From an uncultured Prevotellaceae bacterium (lineage in GTDB: Bacteria > Bacteroidota > Bacteroidia > Bacteroidales > Bacteroidaceae), in the NCBI GenBank assembly GCA_902776195.1, contig CACYPF010000007.1, positions 9,568 through 73,567 of the forward strand: a stretch of DNA of 64,000 nt, in the 5' to 3' direction. The notes under the pieces are model-generated. The model was not told where the DNA came from, searched no databases, and saw nothing but the letters and a program-made list of their open reading frames with translations. The position numbers and the translations under genes are program-made. This document shows, piece after piece, positions 46,832 through 56,079 of this stretch. Each line of letters opens with the position of its first letter. Positions within the stretch are counted from its first letter, which is position 1.

Positions 46832-49480
46832 TTACTTCAACAGGTTAGCAATAGTGGCTGCCATGGTTCCCATACTGGTGGCACTGGTTGCCATCATCAT
46901 CTTCTCGGCGACAGTCATCTTTCCTTGTGCCTTGGAGGGTACGATGATCTCACAGCCTGGTTCTACCTTGGTCTTCGAACCGATTCTTGCGGTCATACCA
47001 TTCATATATATAATATAGGTGTGCCTATTTCTTGCCTTCTTGCTGTATCCTCCAGCCTGATTGATATAGTAGCTGATCTTCTTGCCTTTTTTGAAGGCGA
47101 CGGTATTGGGATGGAGGACTGCTCCGTTGATTCTGACGGTTCCGTTATATTGCGGGATAATGATACGGTCGCCTTCCCTGAGAATCAGGTCGTCTTCTCC
47201 ACCAGGATTGGCGAGTGCCTTGTCTAACTCAATACCTACAGTATAACTGTTGGGAATCTGGAATTTCTGCAGTTCCGTCTTGGCTTGTTTCTCCGCCAGC
47301 TGGGCGATAGCCATGGCGTTGGTGCTTCCCAAGGCGGTCTCCATCATGTTGCTTTGTTGTTCACGACGTGCCATATCCAGCGCTTCCTCCAGTTTGTGGC
47401 GTTCCTCGTCGTTGACCTTTCGCTCCAGACGAGCCCCTTTGACATAGGCATATTGGTTGGGACCTCCTGCCATTTTGATGATATCACTCAGACGGGTCTC
47501 CCGCTTAGAAAGGGAATAGACACCAGAGAACATCACCTGCCCCTCTACTGTCACATTCTGTTGGACGGTGTAACCGGCACTCTGGTGCACGAATACCTCA
47601 TCATAGGGCTGGAGAACGAAACTGGGTTCTCCCTCAATGACGAATCCGTCTTTGAGCTTAAATGTGAAAGTTTGTGCCATGATAGAGTCTACCGTCTCTT
47701 GTGCGGGATTGACGATACGGCGTGAAACCTCCACCTTGCTGGTGGAAGCGGAGTTCTTGAGTCCTCCAGCCTGTAAGATTAAGTCTTCGACAGTTGTATT
47801 CTCAGAAAAGACATAGGTTCCGGGGAACTGTACCTCTCCCAGTATCTTGAGTGTCTCTTCCTCTTGCTGGTCTGTTCGTGTCGGCACAAAAAGAACATCC
47901 TCATTCTGCAGTGTGACATCAGGTAATGTCTCGTTCATGATACCCTCGATATCCACAGCGATAGTGGTCAGCTTACGATCCGGTTTCATGCGGTGGATGA
48001 TAGCGTGCTTGGCAAAGGCAAACTCTGTGACACCGGAGGCAGCCTGTATTAAAGTCCGTACACTATTCGTATGTTCTCCAATCTGATACATGCCGGGACG
48101 GAAGACGGCACCTTTGACCTCCACCATGTTGTCATAGCGGGGGATGATGGAGTCTACGGCTACTGAGTCGTTGTCGTAAAGACGGAAAGAGTTGGTGTCG
48201 AACTCCTCCACGTTGAAGACTGAGTATTTCCCTGCCGCCTTGCGATAAACACGGGTATATTTCGTGAAGGCATCACCCGTGAATCCTCCGGCATAGCGGA
48301 GTAGGGTAGAGAGGGACTCATTCGCCTTCATCTCGTACCACATAGGGCGTTTCACCTTACCGTTAACGCTGACGAGATTATCATAGGTACCTACCTGTAC
48401 AATGTCATTGTCAGCTAGACGGACATTACCCGTCAGTTTGCCATTCAGCATGTAGTCATAGACATCGACGACACTCAGCAGTCTGCCTCCGCGGAACACT
48501 TTGATATTACGGAGTGTTCCTAAGTCATTGATGCCGCCTGCCATGTGGAGGGCATGGAATACCGAGGCAAAGGCAGAGAGTGTATAACTGCCAGGCTTCT
48601 TGACCTCACCAAGGATATTGATAGTGATGGTACGGGTCTGTCCAAGTGTCATCTGAATATTGGAACCCTGATAGAAAGAACCCAGCCGGCTTCTCAGTCT
48701 TTGTTTTGCCTGTGCGACTGTCAGACCACTCAGTTCAATGACCCCGCCATTCTCCACGGTGATGGTTCCATCAGGGGAAATGGTAGTACTGATATTGTCA
48801 CGGGATGCTCCCCAGATATCAATATTCACGACATCACCCGGTCCCAGTACGTAACTTTGTGGGGTGGCGATATTCATTTCCGGCTCGAAAGACAGGTCGC
48901 TGCGGTTAAAGATGTCACGACCGAAAACCTTTTTCCTGTTTCTTTTCTGATATTTCTCTAATTCCAGCTGAAGTCGTTTTACCAGCAAGGCGGTGTCTTG
49001 CGGCATCCATGAGTCTAATTCTGTTTCTATATCCAGATAGTCAGGGTCGTTCTCGTCATAAGTGTTTCGGTCGTTGTAGCCACCGATGCGTCCTTGCGAA
49101 TATTGTCTTGCCTGTTCTTCTTGCTCAGCATACTCCTCATAGTCCAGTTCGGATTTTCTTTTCAGTTCCTTGCCGTTCTGCAATCTATAGACACTGTTGT
49201 TGACTCGCATGCGGTCTTTACTCTCATAAGAGCCAATAGATCTCTCAGAACTGGAATTGGAATTCATGTTTCCGTATTTCTGTCGGAGCTTACGGATTTG
49301 TTTGGCGGTAACACCCTGTTGCATGAGGTGCGTGACGATTCGTGACTGGGGCGTTCCCTTTTCCCGCTCTTGAGTGACATATTCCAATATTTGCTCGTCT
49401 GACATTCCTGCCTGTCCCCATGTGCTGACCGTGCACAGGAGAAGCAACGATATCAAGATAATATTCTTATAATTTCCCAT
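46832..49480 (-). CDS. Large SLBB-repeat polysaccharide export protein (Wza/KpsD-like)
   Basis: Signal peptide; YVLGPGD..NIDIWG and repeated GEVK.PG.Y / AGG SLBB units; -7 element at 49514-49521. Confidence 0.9.
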   Translation of the reverse strand: MGNYKNIILISLLLLCTVSTWGQAGMSDEQILEYVTQEREKGTPQSRIVTHLMQQGVTAKQIRKLRQKYGNMNSNSSSERSIGSYESKDRMRVNNSVYRLQNGKELKRKSELDYEEYAEQEEQARQYSQGRIGGYNDRNTYDENDPDYLDIETELDSWMPQDTALLVKRLQLELEKYQKRNRKKVFGRDIFNRSDLSFEPEMNIATPQSYVLGPGDVVNIDIWGASRDNISTTISPDGTITVENGGVIELSGLTVAQAKQRLRSRLGSFYQGSNIQMTLGQTRTITINILGEVKKPGSYTLSAFASVFHALHMAGGINDLGTLRNIKVFRGGRLLSVVDVYDYMLNGKLTGNVRLADNDIVQVGTYDNLVSVNGKVKRPMWYEMKANESLSTLLRYAGGFTGDAFTKYTRVYRKAAGKYSVFNVEEFDTNSFRLYDNDSVAVDSIIPRYDNMVEVKGAVFRPGMYQIGEHTNSVRTLIQAASGVTEFAFAKHAIIHRMKPDRKLTTIAVDIEGIMNETLPDVTLQNEDVLFVPTRTDQQEEETLKILGEVQFPGTYVFSENTTVEDLILQAGGLKNSASTSKVEVSRRIVNPAQETVDSIMAQTFTFKLKDGFVIEGEPSFVLQPYDEVFVHQSAGYTVQQNVTVEGQVMFSGVYSLSKRETRLSDIIKMAGGPNQYAYVKGARLERKVNDEERHKLEEALDMARREQQSNMMETALGSTNAMAIAQLAEKQAKTELQKFQIPNSYTVGIELDKALANPGGEDDLILREGDRIIIPQYNGTVRINGAVLHPNTVAFKKGKKISYYINQAGGYSKKARNRHTYIIYMNGMTARIGSKTKVEPGCEIIVPSKAQGKMTVAEKMMMATSATSMGTMAATIANLLK

Positions 49481-49647
49481 ATATATAATAACAAGAAAAA
49501 CGTAAATTTATTGCAAAGGTAAGAAATAATTGGAAATTAGGAATTAGAATTGAGAATTATTTTATATCTTTGGCTTCGCTGAACTTACTTTTCGTTCGGA
49601 AATGAAAAGAAAACAGGTTTTCTTTTGCATTTCTCTCACTTATTTTG

Positions 49648-49655
49648 TAACTTTG
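49648..49655 (+). promoter_or_regulatory. -7 element of ssrA
   Basis: TAACTTTG, 22 nt before the mature 5' end. Confidence 0.7.
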
Positions 49656-49677
49656 CAGCGCAAAAGTACAAAATCTT

Positions 49678-50076
49678 GGGGTTGACTGGATTTGACAGCG
49701 GGCTGAGATGGTACGTAAGCATGCGGAGTGACGGCTGTATACTCCATAATCCATTCGGTCGGAAAATTAATTGGCGAAAACAAGTACGCTCTCGCTGCCT
49801 AAACGAAGTACAGTAGTTTACTGGCTTAATTCCCCCACTAGGTGAGGGAACGAGACATCGCTCTTCTGGATGTTGTTCCGAATCAGGAAGGTATAGCGGT
49901 GCAGGTAAATCGGAAATAGTCATGGGGGCGCTCCGACTCCTTGATGAAATTTTAGGAGATAAGGCTGTAATTGGTGGCTTGGGTCTTGTTGCAGCACGAA
50001 AATGAAGTCCAAGATAAGCATGTAGAAAGCGTATGGTTTCCCTGTTTGGACGAGGGTTCGACTCCCTCCAGCTCCA
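49678..50076 (+). ncRNA. ssrA: tmRNA
   Basis: 5' GGGGTTGACTGGATTTGAC; 3' T-arm GAGGGTTCGACTCCCTC and CAGCTCCA; acceptor stem with G3-U; tag ORF GENKYALAA* at 49773-49802. Confidence 0.96.
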
Positions 50077-50138
50077 CTTACATATACTGATGTATCTAAC
50101 AATTGGACAGTCCTTCTGGTTCCGTTCCTCTGTCTGCA

Positions 50139-50645
50139 TCATTTTACGATTTCTTCAATAGCCTTACGATTCTTTTCCTTCAGTTCGTCAGCAGGATAGC
50201 CAATTGGAATCAGGACAGCTGCTTCCTCATTCTCATCAAAGCCAAAAGACTTCTTGCACAGTTCGGCATCAAAGTTGCATACCCAGCATGTGCCAAGTCC
50301 CTGTTCAGTTGCTGCCAGACAAAGATGCTCAACGGCAATGGCAATGTCTATATCTCCATGATGCTTGCCATCTGCTCTCACCCATTCCTCATCATGCAGT
50401 ATAGATGCAACGATAACTATTGGAGCCGTCGCAAACCATTCGCGGTTATAGCACTGGCAGATTTTCTTCCTATCTTCCTCACTGCTGATGATACGGAACC
50501 TCCACGGCTGTTTATTCACAGCAGAAGGAGCAAACCGAACACACTCCATAATGTAGTCCAGCTTTTCTTTCTCAACACTCTTAGGCTTATAGTTCCTACA
50601 GCTATATCTTCTTTTTATCAATTTCAATAATTCCATATTATCCAA
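50139..50645 (-). CDS. Nitroreductase family protein
   Basis: RRYSCR, APSAVNKQPW and GLGTCWV motifs. Confidence 0.92.
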   Translation of the reverse strand: MDNMELLKLIKRRYSCRNYKPKSVEKEKLDYIMECVRFAPSAVNKQPWRFRIISSEEDRKKICQCYNREWFATAPIVIVASILHDEEWVRADGKHHGDIDIAIAVEHLCLAATEQGLGTCWVCNFDAELCKKSFGFDENEEAAVLIPIGYPADELKEKNRKAIEEIVK

Positions 50646-50671
50646 GTTTTGACATAACTATTTCCAGCATA

Positions 50672-51406
50672 TCACTTAATGACAGTCATTCTCATTTCAA
50701 TGTTATCAACAGGTCTGTCAGCGCGTCCAGTAGCAGTGCCTTGTATCATTTCAACCACATCAAGCCCTTCCTCTACCTCTCCGAACACAGTATATTGTCC
50801 GTCAAGGTGGGGAGTGCCACCAACAGTAGAGTATATCTTCAACTGGTCATCGGTCAAACCAGTCTTTCCCACCTTGCTCTCAGCTTCGGCAGCCAGTTTG
50901 TCTTGCAATTCCTGTAGTCCGGCACGATTCCTGTCACGGCGCATCTGCATGATTTCCGCACGATGTTCTGCTGCAAGTTCATTGAATACTGCCTGAACCT
51001 TCTGCATCCTCAACTGTTTGGAGAACTGGCGAAGCTGCCCCTCATTATACACCTGTCCCCAGACAATATAGAACTGAGAACCGCTACTGCGACGTTCTGG
51101 ATTCACCTCGTCACCTTGTCTTGCTGCCGCTAAAGCACCACGCTTATGGAAAAGACCGTCCTTAATCTCTGCTTCAAGTGTATAACCAGGATCTCCCACA
51201 CCAAGCATCTTTCCAGCAGGTGCGCCCTTTGAATCTGGATCCCCCCCCTGGATCATAAAGTCCTTAATGACACGATGGAACAGAGTACCATCATAATAGC
51301 CTTCCTTTGCCAGTTTGAGGAAGTTGTCACGATGGATAGGAGTCTCGTCATATAGGCGAACTACAATATCGCCAAGCATTGTTTGAATCTTTACTTTCAT
51401 ATCCAA
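50672..51406 (-). CDS. Cyclophilin-type peptidyl-prolyl isomerase
   Basis: FHRVIKDFMIQGGDP, SGSQFYIV and GTPHLDGQYTVFGEV motifs. Confidence 0.95.
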   Translation of the reverse strand: MDMKVKIQTMLGDIVVRLYDETPIHRDNFLKLAKEGYYDGTLFHRVIKDFMIQGGDPDSKGAPAGKMLGVGDPGYTLEAEIKDGLFHKRGALAAARQGDEVNPERRSSGSQFYIVWGQVYNEGQLRQFSKQLRMQKVQAVFNELAAEHRAEIMQMRRDRNRAGLQELQDKLAAEAESKVGKTGLTDDQLKIYSTVGGTPHLDGQYTVFGEVEEGLDVVEMIQGTATGRADRPVDNIEMRMTVIK

Positions 51407-51589
51407 TTAGTATTTCTGGAAGTTATACTTTGCTCTCAGTTCAGCTTTCCTCTCTTCACTCTGGCTGGTGAAATATCCCTTCCAGCCTGGGCAGAAATTG
51501 ATATGCCAACGCCAGAACTTACCTAATAATGAATTGGGCTTCTTGTCGTAGTGCGCCCGAAATTTGCAGTTTTCACAATTATGTGCCAT
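51407..51589 (-). CDS. Small hypothetical protein (60 aa, CxxC...C)
   Basis: MAHNCENCKFRAHYDKKPNSLLGKFWRWHINFCPGWKGY...; -7 element at 51620-51627. Confidence 0.7.
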   Translation of the reverse strand: MAHNCENCKFRAHYDKKPNSLLGKFWRWHINFCPGWKGYFTSQSEERKAELRAKYNFQKY

Positions 51590-51683
51590 AATTCTCTTAA
51601 AGTATTGTAATGTTGGCTGCAAAGATACGAATAATAAAAGGAAAATGAGTACCTTTGCAGTGTGTTTTAATAGAATTTGTGAA

Positions 51684-51890
51684 ATGGATTTCTTGCCGAA
51701 AGCCCCTGCAATACTGGTTTCAAGCGTCAACATGCTTCTGAGAGATGAAGAGTTTGACGCGCATGAATCCTTGTGCTATAACTTCGGGACAGAACCAAAG
51801 GAGATAAAAAACTACCTACACGGACATGGATTCGTTTACAGCGACAAGCAAAAACAGTTCCGTCTGATTGGGTATGACAAGAAAGAATGA
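51684..51890 (+). CDS. DUF4250-like small protein
   Basis: MDFLPKAPAILVSSVNMLLRD...LCY...GF.Y....QF pattern; -7 element at 51650-51657. Confidence 0.7.
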   Translation: MDFLPKAPAILVSSVNMLLRDEEFDAHESLCYNFGTEPKEIKNYLHGHGFVYSDKQKQFRLIGYDKKE

Positions 51891-52132
51891 TAACGAAAGA
51901 CAGTATAGAGACAGCCTATAGTTTCTTGCATCAGAAGCGGAACGTCTATATTCATTCTTCCCTCGACTGGCAGAAGGATGATATTGAGATTACTATTGCC
52001 TCGTATGCAGATGAAATGAGCCAGGAACTACTTGATGCTATTTCTGGTGGCAGGGCAGACTTCCTGAGAGACCACAAAAGGTTTAAAGAGGACATCACCA
52101 AGGCTGTTGAGATACTGGAAAATATGCTATAA
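51887..52132 (+). CDS. Hypothetical protein (81 aa)
   Basis: ATGA-coupled ORF within an apparent operon. Confidence 0.65.
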   Translation: MITKDSIETAYSFLHQKRNVYIHSSLDWQKDDIEITIASYADEMSQELLDAISGGRADFLRDHKRFKEDITKAVEILENML

Positions 52133-52134
52133 CG

Positions 52135-52668
52135 ATGATAGAAGAATTTGAAGAGCAACTACGCCAGGACTTGCACCAGTTCCTTCAGTCAATGAAGGAG
52201 GTTGATGAACGTCTGCCTGAGTGTCCCGATGTTGAAGAGAAGTGGGAGCAGATAGCCACAGCATATATTCCCGACGGCATCAGGGAGTTTAATGACTTTC
52301 CCTCCGCTTCCCTCGGTTGGATGATGTATATTGGCATGGCCGTTGCTAAGTTCTGGGATGCTGAATGGGAAATCTACTCGAAGATTGAAGATCTCTATGA
52401 CTACATGAGAGACAAGAGGGGCTACGACAACATGGATGAATATATCCGTGAAGATGTACTGCTGCTGAAAGGCGTTGACTATACTGTGTTGGAGAAACTG
52501 GTAGGTGAATGTGCCTCTCGTGTATATAATGCACTCCGTCACCAGAACATAGAGCCAGGAACCAAAGAGGCTTTCAATGCTTACGTTTCCTGCCTGCATC
52601 AACTCTACCTAATGGGAGCAGCTATGCAGTTGAACCGAATGGGCTATTACATGACAAAGATGAACTGA
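52135..52668 (+). CDS. Hypothetical protein (177 aa)
   Basis: Tightly packed operon ORF, no motif recognised. Confidence 0.7.
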   Translation: MIEEFEEQLRQDLHQFLQSMKEVDERLPECPDVEEKWEQIATAYIPDGIREFNDFPSASLGWMMYIGMAVAKFWDAEWEIYSKIEDLYDYMRDKRGYDNMDEYIREDVLLLKGVDYTVLEKLVGECASRVYNALRHQNIEPGTKEAFNAYVSCLHQLYLMGAAMQLNRMGYYMTKMN

Positions 52669-53420
52669 TGAAGTTGACCTACATCTTCCACAGTGGCTTT
52701 GTTCTTGAAACAGAGCAGTCCATCCAGGTATTCGACTACTGGTTGGATCCAAGCGGTGTGATGGAAGGTGTATTGAAAAGCGACAAGCCTCTCTATGTAT
52801 TCTCCAGCCACTTCCATGAGGATCACTTCACTAGGGATATTTTCGAGTGGAAGAAACAGAATCCCCATGTCACCTACATTCTGAGCAAGGATATACTCAG
52901 GCACAGGAGGGCAAGCAAAGGAGATGCAGATGTTTGGTTGGCTAAAGGTGGCTCATGGTCAGACGGTAGAATCTCAGTCAAGGCATTAGGCAGTACGGAT
53001 AGTGGAGTCTCATGGATAGTAGAGACAGAGGGCAAACGAATCTTCCATGCCGGGGATTTGAATAACTGGTATGCTCGTTTCTTACCTGATGCTGTGCCAG
53101 GACTGACAATCTACAGCGAAGATTTTGAAGAGGACATTGACCCGATAGCGCATGAAAAGCAATATCTTGGGGAACTGAAGGATATTCGCAAGGTGTCTGA
53201 TAGCTTTGACCTGGTGATGTTCCCGATTGATGGCCGTATTGGAAACGGCTATACGCTTGGTGGCAGACAGTTCATTGACCGCTTCAACGTTGGCATGTTT
53301 GTTCCCATGCACTTTGTGGCCAGTGGGTTTGAATCCTCATGGCGCATGAAAGAGTTTACTGATGAAAAGGACATTCCTTTTTGGGAGATCAATAGAGAAG
53401 GAGAAACGATAGAACTATGA
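52668..53420 (+). CDS. MBL-fold metallo-hydrolase
   Basis: HSGF, SHFHEDH, GSTDSG, FHAGDLN and VPMH motifs. Confidence 0.88.
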   Translation: MKLTYIFHSGFVLETEQSIQVFDYWLDPSGVMEGVLKSDKPLYVFSSHFHEDHFTRDIFEWKKQNPHVTYILSKDILRHRRASKGDADVWLAKGGSWSDGRISVKALGSTDSGVSWIVETEGKRIFHAGDLNNWYARFLPDAVPGLTIYSEDFEEDIDPIAHEKQYLGELKDIRKVSDSFDLVMFPIDGRIGNGYTLGGRQFIDRFNVGMFVPMHFVASGFESSWRMKEFTDEKDIPFWEINREGETIEL

Positions 53421-53596
53421 ACAGTAAGATGGATCCAATGGGCAGAACCATTGCCGACTACTGGAAAACGAAGAAGGCAGATAGGCTCAGAGTGTTTTCC
53501 CCAATATTTGAGGAGGACGAGATTCCCTTATCTACACTTTTATGCGACGGCGAAATACCTCCTTGCAATGGGTATTCCGCCGCGCAAACTGTGTAA
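53417..53596 (+). pseudogene. Truncated N-terminus of a Bacteroidales class I SAM-dependent methyltransferase
   Basis: ATGA-coupled; MDPMGRTIADYWKTKKADRLRVFSPIFEEDEIPLSTL matches my recollection of that family's N-terminus; stops after 59 aa, before any DVGAGxG motif. Confidence 0.6.
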
Positions 53597-53634
53597 GATA
53601 GCCATACTTAGAGACTGGCTCCTGTCATCAAGCA

Positions 53635-55077
53635 TCATTGCTCCTCTTTCTGGTGCCAGTAGATATAGGGCTTGTAGTCATTGGAGGGAGTCTTGTCAAG
53701 ATAGTCAGCAGCCTCCCATTTGGTGAGTGTCTTGCCGTTCAGCTCCGCATCCGTGATCTCCCCCTCCAGTTCCATCATACCGAAGCGCTCTATCACCTGA
53801 CTTTTCTTCAGCACATAAAGCTCGGTAGCATAGGAGGGACCACCGGCGGGACCTGCGATCTTCACAGCCCCCTTGCCATCATTCGACTGATAGAACACTG
53901 CCTTCATCTTCTCCGTCTCCACACCAATCAGCTGAGGCTTGCGGTCCTTGAAGGTGAACAGGGCTCCGATATTATCGTCCTTGTCACGCATCCATACCTC
54001 GTTGATGCCGTCGTTATCGATGTCGATGAAGTCAAACTTCTTCAGAGGATATTCCTTACGGGCATTGCTTTCTTTCAGGTATAGTTTCTGCATCTCGGCA
54101 ATCTCCTTGTCCCAGAGCGGTTCGGGTTCATCCACCATATTATGGTAGCACGCATACTCTATATCCTGGATTTTGCCGTCGTGGAGGAAATACATACCTA
54201 TAGTACTGCTCTCAGGGGCAAAATGGGCATAAGCGAGTTCCAGTCCTTTAGGACCCTCAAAGGCACCATAGATAATGGTCGGGGTGTACTCTCCTTCGTC
54301 ATCAGCATTCCAGGAACACGACTTGCTCTCCTCGTCGTAATAGCCCAACACCTCCAGTGCATAGATGCTGTCACCGTCGGCAATGACGTTCAGTGCCAGT
54401 GCTTTCTTATAGTCGCTGCCCTCTGTCTTAGGCGCATTCTTATACTCTCCGGCAAACTGTACGGTACCCTGAGTATAGCGACCGCCAATCTTCGTGCAGA
54501 GTTGTGAGCGTTTCGCCTTCATACCATAACGCTGTTCCATCTTCTTGACGATAGCCTGTGGCATGGGTGTCTCCTTATAGGTATACTCACACTCCAACTG
54601 CTTGCGTGATGTCAGGTAGTCCTGGTGTATCACGAGTTGGAGCCCCCATATACCATCATCTTTCTTGGGGATGTCCTTGCTGTTGGCGAAGGCATACTTC
54701 AAGCCAGGGGATGGGATAGAGGGACGACCGTGCAGTTCGCCCGCAAACATCTTCTTGCCATCGGGGTTGAGCAGTGTCTCACCGATGAACTTGATGTCGA
54801 CCCATTTCTTGTCTACCAGCATCTTGGTATACCCGGCGGCATTGCGACGGACCATGTCCTGCCAAGGATCTGTCTCATCATTCCAATAGACTATCTGCAT
54901 AGCCTGCGGATTGCTGTAATAGAGGAACATGGGCAAGGGTGTGGTGTCGTTGAGTTCCGCCATCACACTATCTACCTTTGTAGAATCGGTTTCGGAGCCC
55001 TCAGCAGCGGCTCCCTTATTCTTGCAACCTATCATGACTGCCATCGCGCAGATGGCGATACATACTAATTTTTTCAT
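53635..55077 (-). CDS. Hypothetical lipoprotein (480 aa)
   Basis: Lipobox VMIGC; DIDNDGINE Ca-binding-like motif; start MKKLV at 55077. Confidence 0.78.
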   Translation of the reverse strand: MKKLVCIAICAMAVMIGCKNKGAAAEGSETDSTKVDSVMAELNDTTPLPMFLYYSNPQAMQIVYWNDETDPWQDMVRRNAAGYTKMLVDKKWVDIKFIGETLLNPDGKKMFAGELHGRPSIPSPGLKYAFANSKDIPKKDDGIWGLQLVIHQDYLTSRKQLECEYTYKETPMPQAIVKKMEQRYGMKAKRSQLCTKIGGRYTQGTVQFAGEYKNAPKTEGSDYKKALALNVIADGDSIYALEVLGYYDEESKSCSWNADDEGEYTPTIIYGAFEGPKGLELAYAHFAPESSTIGMYFLHDGKIQDIEYACYHNMVDEPEPLWDKEIAEMQKLYLKESNARKEYPLKKFDFIDIDNDGINEVWMRDKDDNIGALFTFKDRKPQLIGVETEKMKAVFYQSNDGKGAVKIAGPAGGPSYATELYVLKKSQVIERFGMMELEGEITDAELNGKTLTKWEAADYLDKTPSNDYKPYIYWHQKEEQ

Positions 55078-55137
55078 TGTTATTATAAAGCTTCTGTTCC
55101 TAATTGCGGGGATTGCTCCCACAGTTCCTCGCTGACC

Positions 55138-56076
55138 TTATCTTGCCAGCGCACGTATTCTGCTATCAATCTCTTGGGCCAGTGCTCGATTGGTATCTGA
55201 CAGTCCCTTAATTGACAATATGTCTCCCTTGATATAGGCAAGCTGATGCGGCGTAAGGTCGCCTTTGTCAATTTCATCACGTAACACATTAAACAAATAG
55301 GTTATGTCGTCCTGCGAGACCTGGAAGTTCCATTTCGTCGCCTCGTCGATGGTGACGTGCCTGGCGACAATGTTGTCGCTCTTGTCGAAACAGAAGAACT
55401 CCACATCGGGGAAGTTCTGTTTCAGCAGTTCCATCTTATGCTGGTTGTTGCCGAACGACTCAATCATATAAGGGATGTGGATGAAACGCTTACTTTTCTT
55501 ACCACGCTCTACAGAGTTCTTGAAACAGTTGCGGATGGTGTTATAGACAGCGATGAGGCGAATCTCCTTCATCCCGTAACGCTTCGCTTTCTTGATAGCG
55601 GTAGCGAGTTTCTTGTAAGAGTTGAAGGCAGCGTCATACACCAGTCCGGTCTCCGAGAAGTCCATCTCCTTGGCTGCCGTACTCTTACCACTTGCCGAAG
55701 GACCAGTGAAGATGACAAATTGTGTCTTTCCTTGTTTGACGGCTCTTTCGAGCATCACACTATAGAGAGTATCCACCAGGTAACGCTCCGCATCCCGATA
55801 GTAGATGGTGTTAGAGCCACCATCATAGCCGATAGGGGTGAACAGCAGGCGCATCTCGTCAGGGTCAATCTTATTCCCCGCCGTTGCCATATATTTGCCG
55901 ATCAGTTCGGTGGTATGCACCTTTGCCCAGTCTTTAGCCTCCTCGTTGATGAGGGTAGGCTGGGGTGTCGCTGTAGTAATCGCTTTCTGTTGCGACTTAC
56001 ATCCCGTGAAAAACATAAAAGTGGTTGCCATCACGAAGATGGCAGCCACTTTCGTTATCTGAAACTTGATGATCAT
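55138..56076 (-). CDS. Lipoprotein with zeta-toxin-like P-loop kinase domain
   Basis: Lipobox FFTGC; IDPDEMR, Walker A GPSASGKS (55681-55704), LVYD and R-x5-R lid-like motif. Confidence 0.75.
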   Translation of the reverse strand: MIIKFQITKVAAIFVMATTFMFFTGCKSQQKAITTATPQPTLINEEAKDWAKVHTTELIGKYMATAGNKIDPDEMRLLFTPIGYDGGSNTIYYRDAERYLVDTLYSVMLERAVKQGKTQFVIFTGPSASGKSTAAKEMDFSETGLVYDAAFNSYKKLATAIKKAKRYGMKEIRLIAVYNTIRNCFKNSVERGKKSKRFIHIPYMIESFGNNQHKMELLKQNFPDVEFFCFDKSDNIVARHVTIDEATKWNFQVSQDDITYLFNVLRDEIDKGDLTPHQLAYIKGDILSIKGLSDTNRALAQEIDSRIRALAR

Positions 56077-56079
56077 ACG

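Noticed and set aside
49636-50142. 168-aa minus-strand ORF and 60-aa ORF 49920-50102
   Set aside because: Antisense shadows of tmRNA
49678-53596. Island integrated at the tmRNA 3' end
   Set aside because: No integrase follows ssrA and I found no second copy of its 3' end in the window; neighbours are housekeeping genes
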